DNA of 40,974 nt, taken from Octopus sinensis. Its lineage: Eukaryota. Position numbers and translations under genes: made by a program. The stretch spans positions 1 to 40,974 of the forward strand of contig NW_021835336.1 in assembly GCF_006345805.1 (NCBI RefSeq), in the 5' to 3' direction. The notes under the pieces are model-generated. The model was not told where the DNA came from and did not search any database. It was given only the letters and a program-made list of their open reading frames with translations. Shown here piece by piece: positions 28,323 to 39,059 of this stretch (its first letter is position 1; each line of letters begins with the position of its first letter).

Positions 28323-28909
28323 TATGCGCTCACGTGGTCTCACTTTCATCCTATATTCTACCAATACCACTATCAACACTTACCTCTACCTTGGATTTTC
28401 TTTACCTCTTGGATACTTACCATGGCTGCCCCTCTCTTTCGCGGATCAAAGTGACTTTGCATTGATGTGAAATCCTTAAAAAATACCCACGACGTCTACA
28501 CATTTCTCACCTTGAACTTTCAACCTTGAACTTGTTCGCATAAACTGTCCCGTTTGTTGTATTTTTATTTTCTCTTATATTACCACTTTTTTACATTCAT
28601 TTCATGCTTCCCCACATTTTCCTGAATTGTTGTTCTCCTTTCCGTCTTTCTTCCCCTCTCTGGATGTCCATACTCCGTTTCCTCTGCTGCACCCCCCTTT
28701 TTTTTGCCTCCCCCTCTCTCTCTGCTTCCCTTCTTTCTTCCCTTTCCGTTTGCCCCGTCCTTTCTGCCCCTATCGCTTACTTATCTAGTTTTTTCATACG
28801 ATTATTATTTTTTTGTTTTTTTGAACGTTTGTTTTTTCCCCTGTTTCGCTATCCTTTTTTTCTATTTTTGTCATACGATAATTTTTTTTTTTTTTTCCGC
28901 TATCCCATC

Positions 28910-31800
28910 ATGCCGGATCCTAGGTCCTACCTCCTCACCCTCCATCACCGTTTGAAGGATCATCTACGTTCGCTTCCTGTATATTGCCTTCAGCCGTCCG
29001 TTATCTCTCTCTACTTCTTTTAAAAACCCGCTTCTCTAGCCATGTCTCTCCTAAGCCGCTGCCTACATCACCGACTCATCCCTAAAGGTTTCCGCCTCCA
29101 CTTCCACCCTGCTCTCTCACTCGGATTCTTCCATCTTACCCATACTCCGCACCACATCTTACCGCCTTATGCGGGCCACCATTCGCTCCAATCTCTCCAA
29201 ACTACATGCCATCAACCGCCTTCTTCCTCCTGCTTTCTCCACCTTCTTCTCCTCTCTGCCGCCTCTCTATGCTCCAAACACACTACGCTTCATTATCCAT
29301 TTGAATCAACTCTTCCATCAATTTCTTTCTGATACCAAACTTCGTAAACTCCAATCACTCTTCCATTCCACCCTACCCGACGCCACTACCCCAACTCCTC
29401 CACCACCCTTCTCCCCTCCCGATAGCTCCATCCACCCACACCTAACCCCACTGCCCCTCCCTACAACCCCTTCTCCCCTCCCGTTAGGCTCCATCCACCT
29501 ACACACCTAACCCTACTGCCCCGCCCAACCACCCCCACATACCTCCCCAATCCCTCCCCTCAGACCTCCACGAGACCTACCACCCCTCCTACTTCTATTC
29601 CACCCACCCCTTCTCCACTTCCGTCTGTTTGTTACCATTCCCCCCGATCTTCCCCTCTCTGCGGCTGAACGCTCCGTCCTTGGTAGGGGTCTGCGTTTCA
29701 TTCCCCTCACTCCATCCTGTAAGGAATTCCAGACGCGAGTTGATGTCCACAGCTTGTGCGCCGTGTCCGGTTGGGTGCGCATTACCACGACTCGCCACCC
29801 ACCCCCACGAAGAGGACGACTGCTTCACTGGCCTGGGCCGCCGACCATCCCCGTGGACGCCTGCCCCTGGCCAGATCCTAGCAGTGGATCTTTTCGCGGG
29901 CGCTTGTCAGCGTGCATTGGAGCGGTTCAACTTCTCCAGGCGCCAACGCCGCCTCAACATCTCCCCGGCTGAGCTCTTGCTCTCTTCGTTCCCTCCAACG
30001 GCGCGCTGAAATTATCATCAAACCGGCTGACAAGGTGGAGCTGTAGTGGTGTGGAGCGCGGACCTCTATAGGGCCGAGGCTTTCCGCCAACTCAATGACA
30101 CCTCCTTCTATTCCCTCTGCCCTCTAACCCCAACCCCCACGTAGCTACCAACAGACGGTATCCTCTACTGTCCAGGACCTCATCTCGTCCTCCCGTCTCC
30201 CCCGCAACCGCATCCAACCTAATTGTGCGAACCCCACGTACCCCCACCATTTACTTCCTCCCCAAAATCCATAAACCCACCACCCTGGCCGCCCCATCGT
30301 CTCTGCCTGTAACTGCCCCACGGAGCTCATCTCTAAATACCTCAACCGTGTCCTTGCCCCCCTAGTGGCATCTCTTCCCTCCCACATCCACGATACCAAC
30401 CATGCTCTCCGGCTTTTCAACTCTTTCTCCTTTCCTCCCCGGCTCCTCCAAAATCCTTTTACTATAGACATCCAAAGCCCCCTATACTGTTATCCCTCAC
30501 CACGAAGGACTGCAGGCCCTTCGACACTTTCTTGACCTCCGCTCTAACCCTGTACCTGACACCTCCACACTCATTCGTCTGGCCGAACTTGTCCTTACTC
30601 TGAACTGCTTCTCGTTCGCGGGCGAGTTCTACCATCAGGTCTCGGGAGTGGCCATGGGAACGCGAATGGGCCCCAACTATGCGAACCTGTTCGTTGGCTA
30701 TTTTGAGGCCCAAGTATTCTCTAATTTCACTGGTCCCACTCCTGAACTATATGGTCGTTATATTGACGACATTATCGGTGCCACCTCACTCTCCCGCGAA
30801 TCTAGATTCCTTCCTCTCTTCGTCCAATCTTCCCTCCAGCCCTCCACTTCATTTCCACTATCTCCAACACCTCTGTCTCCTTCCTCGACATTTCGGTTAG
30901 CATTCTTCACTCCACTCTTACCACCTCCATTCACTACAAACACACAGACTCACACTCATACCTCAACTTCTCTTCCTCCCCCCAGAACACACCAAGCTTT
31001 CCATCCCCTATTCCCAATTCCTCCGTCTACGTAGGCTCTGTAGTGACGACCATGACTTTGAGACTCAGTCTCAACGTATGGCTCACCACTTCACCCTACG
31101 TGGATACCCCCTCACCACTATCCACACCGCCCTTGCCAGAGCACGGTCCGTGGACCGTGTTCTTCTGCTCTCTCTCCCCGAACCCGCCCTGTAGTCTCCC
31201 GCCTCTCTTTCCCCCTCACTTACCACCCCACGACCCTACGTCTCCAACGCACCATTCTTCGAGCTTTCCGTCATCTCCAGTCCGACCCGTCCACTTCACA
31301 CATCTTCTCCCTAACCGACCCCTCCCCTCTTTCAAACGACCCACAACCTTCGAGACCTTTTGGTCCATAGCTCCTTCCCTGACCCTACCTCCCAACCCGG
31401 CTCGTTTCCCTGCTCCCGCCCCCGTTGCCGCACTTGCCCTTACCTCTCCACACCACCACCCGCCTCACTAGCACCCACCATCGACCTACCCATCATCCAC
31501 TCCTTCACCTTGCACCTCCAGCAATATTATCTTTGCATCTCTTGCTCTCTCTGCAATTCCTTGTACATCGGACAAACGGGACGCCGCTTGGCTGACCGGT
31601 TCGCGGAACACCTTCGTGACATCCACCTTGCGAACGACACACCGGTCTCACGCCATTTCCGCTCCACCGGTCACTCCTTGCAACACCTATCTGTGTTCGG
31701 TTTGTCCTTACACAGAGGCCATCCGGATTCCCGTTTGCGCCGCGAACAGAATTAATCTTCTCTCTTCTCTCTTCGCTCTTATACGCCATTTGGTCTCATC
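28910..31800 (+). pseudogene. PLE reverse transcriptase + GIY-YIG endonuclease ORF, broken by many frameshifts in this sequence
   Basis: Across frames: SRCLHHRLIPKGFRLH; PPDLPLSAAERSVLGRGLRFIP; IIKPADK(G)GAVVVW; YFLPKIHKP..GRPIVSACNCPTELIS; GVAMGTRMGPNYANLF; RYIDD (30759-30770); SQFLRLRRLCS; CSRPRCRTCPY; CISCSLCNSLYIGQTGRRLADRFAEH; VSRHF. Confidence 0.93.
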
Positions 31801-31809
31801 TGCCCCCTC

Positions 31810-32170
31810 CTCATCTAACCCCCCTCTCCCCCCTCTCTCCCTATCCTTTCTTCCCCCCCTTCCCCCCTCCCCTACTTCTTTAGTCCTTCTTCCTTTCACC
31901 CTCCTTACCCCTACTCCCCTTCCTTCTCCCCTCTTTCTCCTCCCTCTTCCCCTTCCCTCTGCTCCCTCACTCCCTCTCTCTCCCTTCTCTCTCCCCTTCT
32001 CTCTCCCCCTCTCCCTCTTTCCTCCTCTTCTCCTCTCATCCCTCATCCCCCTCATCCCCTCCTTCTCCCCCATCCTCTCCTCTTCCCCTTCTCCTCCCCT
32101 CTTCTTCCCCTCCCCTTCTCTCCCCCTCTTCCCCTCCCCTCTTCCCCCCCTCCCCCCTCTTCTCCTCACT
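31810..32170 (+). repeat. ~360-bp almost pure polypyrimidine tract in the PLE-2 3' UTR
   Basis: Almost only C and T on the + strand; produces the G/R/E-rich minus-strand pseudo-ORF. Confidence 0.9.
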
Positions 32171-32337
32171 ACACCACATGACTTTACACATCACATCACA
32201 TATGATGTGCCATACCAATACACACACCAACTAATACATACTAATACGTACTAATACATACTAGTACATACTAATACTTACACCAACACCCTATACATAC
32301 ACAACGTCCAGACCCGCATACGCACTTATACTCTCTC

Positions 32338-32851
32338 ACACACACCACACACACACCTATACATACCAATACGTACTAATACTACTAATACATACTAAAT
32401 ACATACACCAACCCCATACATACGCACGTCCAGACCAATCTTACGCACTAATACTCTCTCATACACACCACACACACACACACACACCCTTACATACTAA
32501 TACATACACCAACCCTATACATACACACATCCAGACCCCCCCACACACTTTTAGCTGGTCCCTCAAACCCTTTTATCAACCATTATCTCCCCTTATTTCG
32601 CTCTCGCGTCTCATGTTTGATCTTTGACCTCTGGCCGAAATCAGATCGCCATGTTGATTCGTTAGCTACTCCACGCATTTTTTCTCTCCTTTCTGTGTTT
32701 TTCTCTCTCTGTGTATCTTTCTGTTGAAGAGCGTAGGCTCGAAACGTTAAAGACTTGTTTTATTTATATTTCCTGAGCGCCATACTAATACAATTGTTCG
32801 TTTGTTTTCCACCTGCCTTCGTCTTTTGTTTATTTTCATAAAGCTTCCCGT

Positions 32852-32858
<7 letters not shown>
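32338..32858 (+). repeat. 3' pseudo-LTR of PLE-2
   Basis: Direct repeat of 27806-28322, preceded by one extra CTAATACATA/CGTCCAGACC sub-repeat unit (~32220-32340). Confidence 0.93.
32716..32753 (+). ncRNA. Minimal type I hammerhead ribozyme motif (3' pseudo-LTR)
   Basis: Identical to 28181-28218, including the CUGUUGA core. Confidence 0.8.
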
Positions 32859-32881
<23 letters not shown>

Positions 32882-32882
<1 letters not shown>

Positions 32883-33265
32883 GAGGCGCAATGGCCCAGT
32901 AGTTAGGGCAGCGGGCTCGCGGTCGTAGGATCGCGGATTCGATTCCCAGACCTGGCGTTGTGAGAGTTTATTGAGCGAAAACACCTAAAGCTCCACGAGG
33001 CTCCGGCAGGGATGGTGGTGATCCCTGCTGTACTCTTTCACCACAACTTTCTCTCACTCTTACTTCCTGTTTCTGTTGTACCTGTATTTCAAAGGGCCGG
33101 TCTTGTCACTCTCTGTGTCACGCTGAATATCCTCAAGAACTACGGTAAGGGTAAACGTGTCTGTGGTGTGCTCAGCCACTTACACGTTAATTTCACGAGC
33201 AGGCTGTTCCGCTGATCGGATCAAGCGGAACCTCGTCGTCGTAACTGACGGAGTGCTTCCTTTTT
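32882..33265 (+). mobile_element. SINE family C, second copy with a different 3' half
   Basis: GGAGGCGCAATGGCCCAGTAGTTAGGGCAGCG...GATTCGATTCCCAGACC head; shares GTTTATTGAGCGAAAACACCTAAAGCTC with 19957-20360, then diverges. Confidence 0.85.
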
Positions 33266-33274
33266 ATATATATA

Positions 33275-33337
<63 letters not shown>

Positions 33338-33594
33338 TATATATAATGAGAGAGCGATATAGAGAAGAGGGATAGTTAGACAGTGAGACAATTATGCAGA
33401 TATGCGAGTTAAATAGAACGTCTTAGGTTGGAGGGTTTCATATACAATTTATATATACGGAGAATATTAAAAATAAGGATTACTCCGAAGTAGCAACAGC
33501 ATTACCTTTATTCTAATGCAATTATGTATTGTCTTTTAAGCCCAACACACGTTTCAATAGCAGCGATTAGTAATCGTTGCAATTGCAGCCCTAT

Positions 33595-33855
33595 TATATG
33601 TATGTATGTGTGTGTGTATGTATGTATGTATGTATGTATGTATGTATGTATGTATGTATGTATGTATGTTTGTATGTATGTGTGTGTGTGTATGTATGTA
33701 TGTATGTATGTATGTATGTATGTGTTTGTGTGTGTATGCATGTACGTTCGTATGTATGGTTTGTATGTATGTATGTATGTATGTATGTATGTATGTATGT
33801 TTGTATGTATGTATGTATGTATGTATGTTTGTATGTATGTATGTATGTATGTACG
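33595..33855. repeat. (GTAT)n microsatellite
   Basis: Visible directly; similar GATA/GTAT/TA tracts occur at 22000-22430, 25825-25943, 34880-35085 and 35800-36020. Confidence 0.95.
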
Positions 33856-33948
33856 CATGTTAATAGAAAGAAAGCAAAGACTGAAGATACTCAGACGATG
33901 AATAACTAAGTATAAATATATAGATAGTAACTAAGTAATTATATATTA

Positions 33949-34017
<69 letters not shown>

Positions 34018-34020
34018 ACT

Positions 34021-34366
34021 ATAAAAAGGGTAAAGACCCCCTTCGGTCATGAATGACCATGGGATTGCACCTAGAGAGTTACCCTCTGAGGCACAAGTCC
34101 GGGCAAGGTCGTTTATGGAAGGCCAGCAGTCGCCCATGCATACCAGCCTCCCCTCTCCACGCCACCTGTGTTATCCAAGGGAAAGACAAAGGTCGATACA
34201 GCTTGACACCAGTGACGTCGCAGCTCATTTCTACAGCTGAGTGAACTGGAGCAACGTGAAATAAAGTGCCTTGCTCGAGAACACAACACGCAGCCCGGTC
34301 CGGGATTCGAGCTCACAACCTCACGATCGTAAGCTCGACGCTCTAACCACTGAGCCATGCGCCTTC
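34021..34366 (-). mobile_element. tRNA-derived SINE, family D (V/Meta-like central domain), full length
   Basis: The reverse complement reads GAAGGCGCATGGCTCAGTGGTTAGAGCG...GCTCGAATCCCGGACC (A and B boxes), then GTGTTCTCGAGCAAGGCACTTTATTTCAC. CTCTCACTATA occurs on both sides as a possible TSD. The domain name is from recall. Confidence 0.85.
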
Positions 34367-34886
34367 ACTTAGAAGGCGCATGGCTTCACTTCTCTCACTT
34401 CACTTCTCTCACTATATATATATATATATATATATATAGACAGACACACATATGAATGTATACTGGTACTCACATATGCATACATATGTATGTAAGCATG
34501 TATATATGTCTATATTTAGAAATATAAAGTTACAATACAAGCATATATAATGTGGAATTCAAGTATTTTTCACCGTATGTATTAATTTGTGTTTTCATCT
34601 CTGTAACTGTCATTTTATACAGACATATATGCACACACATACATACACATACAAATACACACACACACACACACACACATATATATGTATGTACAAACTT
34701 CTTTTTATTGCTGTATATATATACACACACACACATCCATCTACGTTTCTGGAATCATACATATATACAGAAATTTATATATACATATATGTAGCTATTT
34801 GTATAGATGTAAACATATATATACACTTATACTTTATACATTTATACATGTATATGCGCATACATCTATACCAATGGATATATATA

Positions 34887-34922
<36 letters not shown>

Positions 34923-34965
34923 TGTATGTATGTATGTATGTATGTATGTATGTATGTATATATAT

Positions 34966-35083
<118 letters not shown>

Positions 35084-35818
35084 TACTGTAAAGAAAGCGA
35101 TGCAGATACATGCACACATAAATACATACATATATATACATATATGTATATGTATGTATTTATGTATATATTCATGGCATACATTAAGACAACACAAAAT
35201 TATATTCCATATCGATCAATCTACAATGTTTCTATATTATGTTATAGTTTCTATTTTTGTTTTATTTTACTATTTTTATATCGATTAATGTCATCTGAAT
35301 CCTTTTCCATTAAAAGTCGGAGATAAATTGCCAAGTTACATCTTTGAGCAATGCTCATCTAATCAGATATAGCATTCCAGCTGACCTGGTGTGAGGCGTA
35401 GCAGAGTTCGTGTAGTATAGCCGTCTTGATGCTGGCTGGGACAGACAATGATGCCAAATGAATGGAAACACTTTGATAGAACACATAGCCAGATATTACC
35501 TGATTTCAATATATATAGATATGTGTGTGGTTGTGGGCTGTGTCTATAAATGTGTTAGTGGGTGCGTGTTGGGAAAGTTGTTTCTGGGTGTTTAAATGTA
35601 TATATTATTGTATGAGCGTGCATGTATATGAATGTGTATGTGTAACAGCGTGTGCATCAATGAGGAACTTCATGGTATATGTTTTAGATATAAAAATTTA
35701 GCTTGCATACACATCAGACTGTGTATATGTAATTTGTAATATTCTTTCATGCTATATATAAAGTTAGATGAATAGATTGACAGATAAACAGTTAGACAGA
35801 CAGAAAGGCAGATAGATA

Positions 35819-35874
<56 letters not shown>

Positions 35875-35896
35875 ATACATATATATATATAGATAA

Positions 35897-36000
<104 letters not shown>

Positions 36001-36224
36001 GTAGGAAGGTAGGTAGATAGACTTTCATATATATTGATATATGGATGGATATATATACTCGGGTGAGAGATAGCTGAATAGATAAAGGAATGGAGCAAGA
36101 ACTATTAGCGTATATTTACAAGCAATTGGCGCTATATGAATCAGATTTCAGATATTGAGAGATGAAACACTTTTGCATATATGCCTACATACGTATACAC
36201 ACACGCACGCACGCACGCACGCAC

Positions 36225-36274
<50 letters not shown>

Positions 36275-37063
36275 AACACACACACACACACACACTCACA
36301 CACACATATACGCACACAGATATGTTTGTATCTATAAAGAGGGAAAGAGAGATAACATCAAAAAGAAAGGTTTATTCATGATTTATCAACTACGTACGTT
36401 TCGAATAGAGTAGAGGATCTCTAAATACTGAAATGCAACATTTTTGCGCATTAAATCGATGCAATGTTTCATTTATTAAAATGGTTACAACGAGGAATTA
36501 CGTCTAATACTCCATTTTACGTTAGAGTACCATATGCTTTTATAAATAATTGTATTACAAATTAAGTTGAGATAGATCAGACAGAACAATTTTAAAATAT
36601 AAAATGAATTCTAAACAAAAGCGACTAAATTAGAACAGTAGCTACTTACTCTGATACATGTCATTTACTTTGATTCTCAAGTATACATTAAGTAAGTTAA
36701 TCCTACGAAGTGTACACTATATTGTAAAATGAAAAGAAAAAGCTTTAAAATTAACGATAAAAGGCTAAAAACCCAAAAAATTGGAAATGTTTTCTTCAAT
36801 ATCCTTAAAAGATAATTGAAAAATAATAACTGTAAAACTTTTATTAAAAGAATTCACATACTAAAAAATAAAGTACTTTAAAATGTTCGGATATTTAAGT
36901 TGGTCTGTTGGAAGGAAGTGAATTTATAATCTATGTGGAATACCAAGGCATCCACTGGAGAATGTAATAAGTAGTTTTGATACCTACATACCTACAAAGT
37001 GCTTGTAAAGTATTCGCCCAGATTCCATAATCCCTTTTACCTTTATACCTTTCTTATACATAT

Positions 37064-37112
<49 letters not shown>

Positions 37113-37170
37113 TATATATATATATATATGCATAATAAATGATAAATAATAATATATATTGTATATATAT

Positions 37171-37208
37171 CGACGAACGGAACGTGAAACTCTGAGTAAC
37201 AGTTTTTG
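37171..37208 (+). ncRNA. Truncated minimal hammerhead motif of a second type
   Basis: (C)CGACGA | ACG gaa CGT | GAAAC TC T GAGT A | ACAGTTTT: 3-bp helix II, near-palindromic helix III ACUC-U-GAGU, GUA triplet. The 5' strand of helix I is replaced by (TA)n. Confidence 0.5.
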
Positions 37209-37233
37209 TGATAATTTTGCTCTTTTAATAAGG

Positions 37234-37364
<131 letters not shown>

Positions 37365-37822
37365 TATTATATATATATATATTATAATATTACATATATA
37401 TATGCATATATGGTAACAGGGCGTCACAAACGGTGCAAATAGCGTGAAATACGTAAACAAAAGAGAGAAAAAAGAGTGAAAAACGAAAGTTCATACATGC
37501 ATACATACATACCTACATACATACATACATAAACGCAAATATATCATGAACTAAATGTTACTTTCTTAAATGCAGCACGATGTTTTCTCAGTGATCAGCT
37601 CGCGGTTTCAAAGCAACGAAAATATTTTAACACAAGTTAAATCTAAATGTTGAAGTGAAACTAACGGTTTTTGTGTGTTCTTAAATGGCTTACAAATATC
37701 TTCCACGCTGCGACATTTTTGCACACGATCTCAGATCAAGTCATTTGCTATGCAAGTACATCTTCGTAATATGTATGTACATATATATATATATATATAA
37801 TATATATATATATATATAATAT

Positions 37823-38048
37823 ATCAACAATCAAGGAACGGCCATAATAGGCCATTCACCCACTAGAAATAACAGCCAAAGCTTCAACCGCAAATAAAAG
37901 TCAATTCCGTAAACAGGAGAAAATTTAAAAAATATTTACCCTGTAATTTCTTATACGATGCACCGTTTCATCTGCTGTTTAATGGTAAACTAACCTGATT
38001 AAATTAAATCAAGCCAATCTTCCATAGGCCCTCAGATTCTTCAGTAAG
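37823..38048 (+). repeat. Extra direct copy (B) of the palindrome arm sequence
   Basis: ATCAACAATCAAGGAACGGCC...CTCAGATTCTTCAGTAAGAA, repeated at ~38314-38549 and inverted at ~38547-38765. Confidence 0.9.
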
Positions 38049-38207
38049 AAATAGCCACAAGTCGGAACAGATATTTTCACGAGGCATTTCTGACCCTGCC
38101 AAGGTAATATCTGACCTAAAATTTTCAAATCATCGCACTCGCGCCAAATTATCGGCAGCAAATAAATATAAGCCGTCGATTCCATTACGGAATTAACCAG
38201 AAAATTC

Positions 38208-38865
38208 ATAATTAATCAATATAGGGTGGCAAAAAAAAATTTTGTAGAATTTTTTTGCCACCAGCGGCCTAGTGGGAAAAAATTAAATAGTCATAGACCA
38301 TTTTTAAGTTCAACATCAACAATCAAGGAACGGCCATAATAGGCCATTTACCCACTAGAACTAACACCAAAGAGCCAAAAATTCAACCGCAAATAAAAGT
38401 CAATTCCGTAAACAGGAGAAAATTTAAAAAACATTTACCCTGTAATTTCTTATACGATGCACCGTTTCATCTGCTGTTTAATGATAAACTAACCTGATTA
38501 AATTAAATCAAGCCAATCTTCCATAGGACCTCAGATTCTTCAGTAAGAAGAATCTGAGGGCCTATGGAAGATTGGCTTGATTTAATTTAATCAGGTTAGT
38601 TTACCATTAAACAGCAGATGAAACGGTGCATCGTATAAGAAATTACAGGGTAAATGTTTTTTAAATTTTCTCCTGTTTACGGAATTGACTTTTATTTGCG
38701 GTTGAAGCTTTGGCTGTTATTTCTAGTGGGTGAATGGCCTATTATGGCCGTTCCTTGATTGTTGATGTTGAACTTGAAAATGGTCTATGACTATTTAATT
38801 TTTCCCACTAGGCCGCTGGTGGCAAAAAATTCTACAAAATTTTTTTTTTTGCCACCCTATATTGA

Positions 38866-38873
<8 letters not shown>
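38208..38873. repeat. ~665-bp near-perfect palindrome, arms ~330 bp, 5-nt loop
   Basis: 38208-38541 is the reverse complement of 38547-38873; centre CTCAGATTCTTC-AGTAA-GAAGAATCTGAG. Confidence 0.92.
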
Positions 38874-38913
<40 letters not shown>

Positions 38914-38915
38914 TA

Positions 38916-39011
<96 letters not shown>

Positions 39012-39059
39012 GACAAAACAGAGAGAAGAAAGAGAGAGAGAGAGAGAGAGAGAGCCATT

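Larger units (their letters stand above)
27806..32858 (+). mobile_element. Near-full-length Penelope-like retroelement (PLE-2, Neptune-type Cys linker) with direct pseudo-LTRs, between (TA)n tracts
   Basis: ~515-bp direct repeats at both ends, an internal RT plus GIY-YIG reading frame, and a hammerhead motif in each repeat. Confidence 0.95.

Noticed and set aside
29400-29560. CCTAACCC telomere-like words in the PLE-2 proline-rich linker
   Set aside because: Only two isolated words within a duplicated C-rich segment, not a telomeric array.
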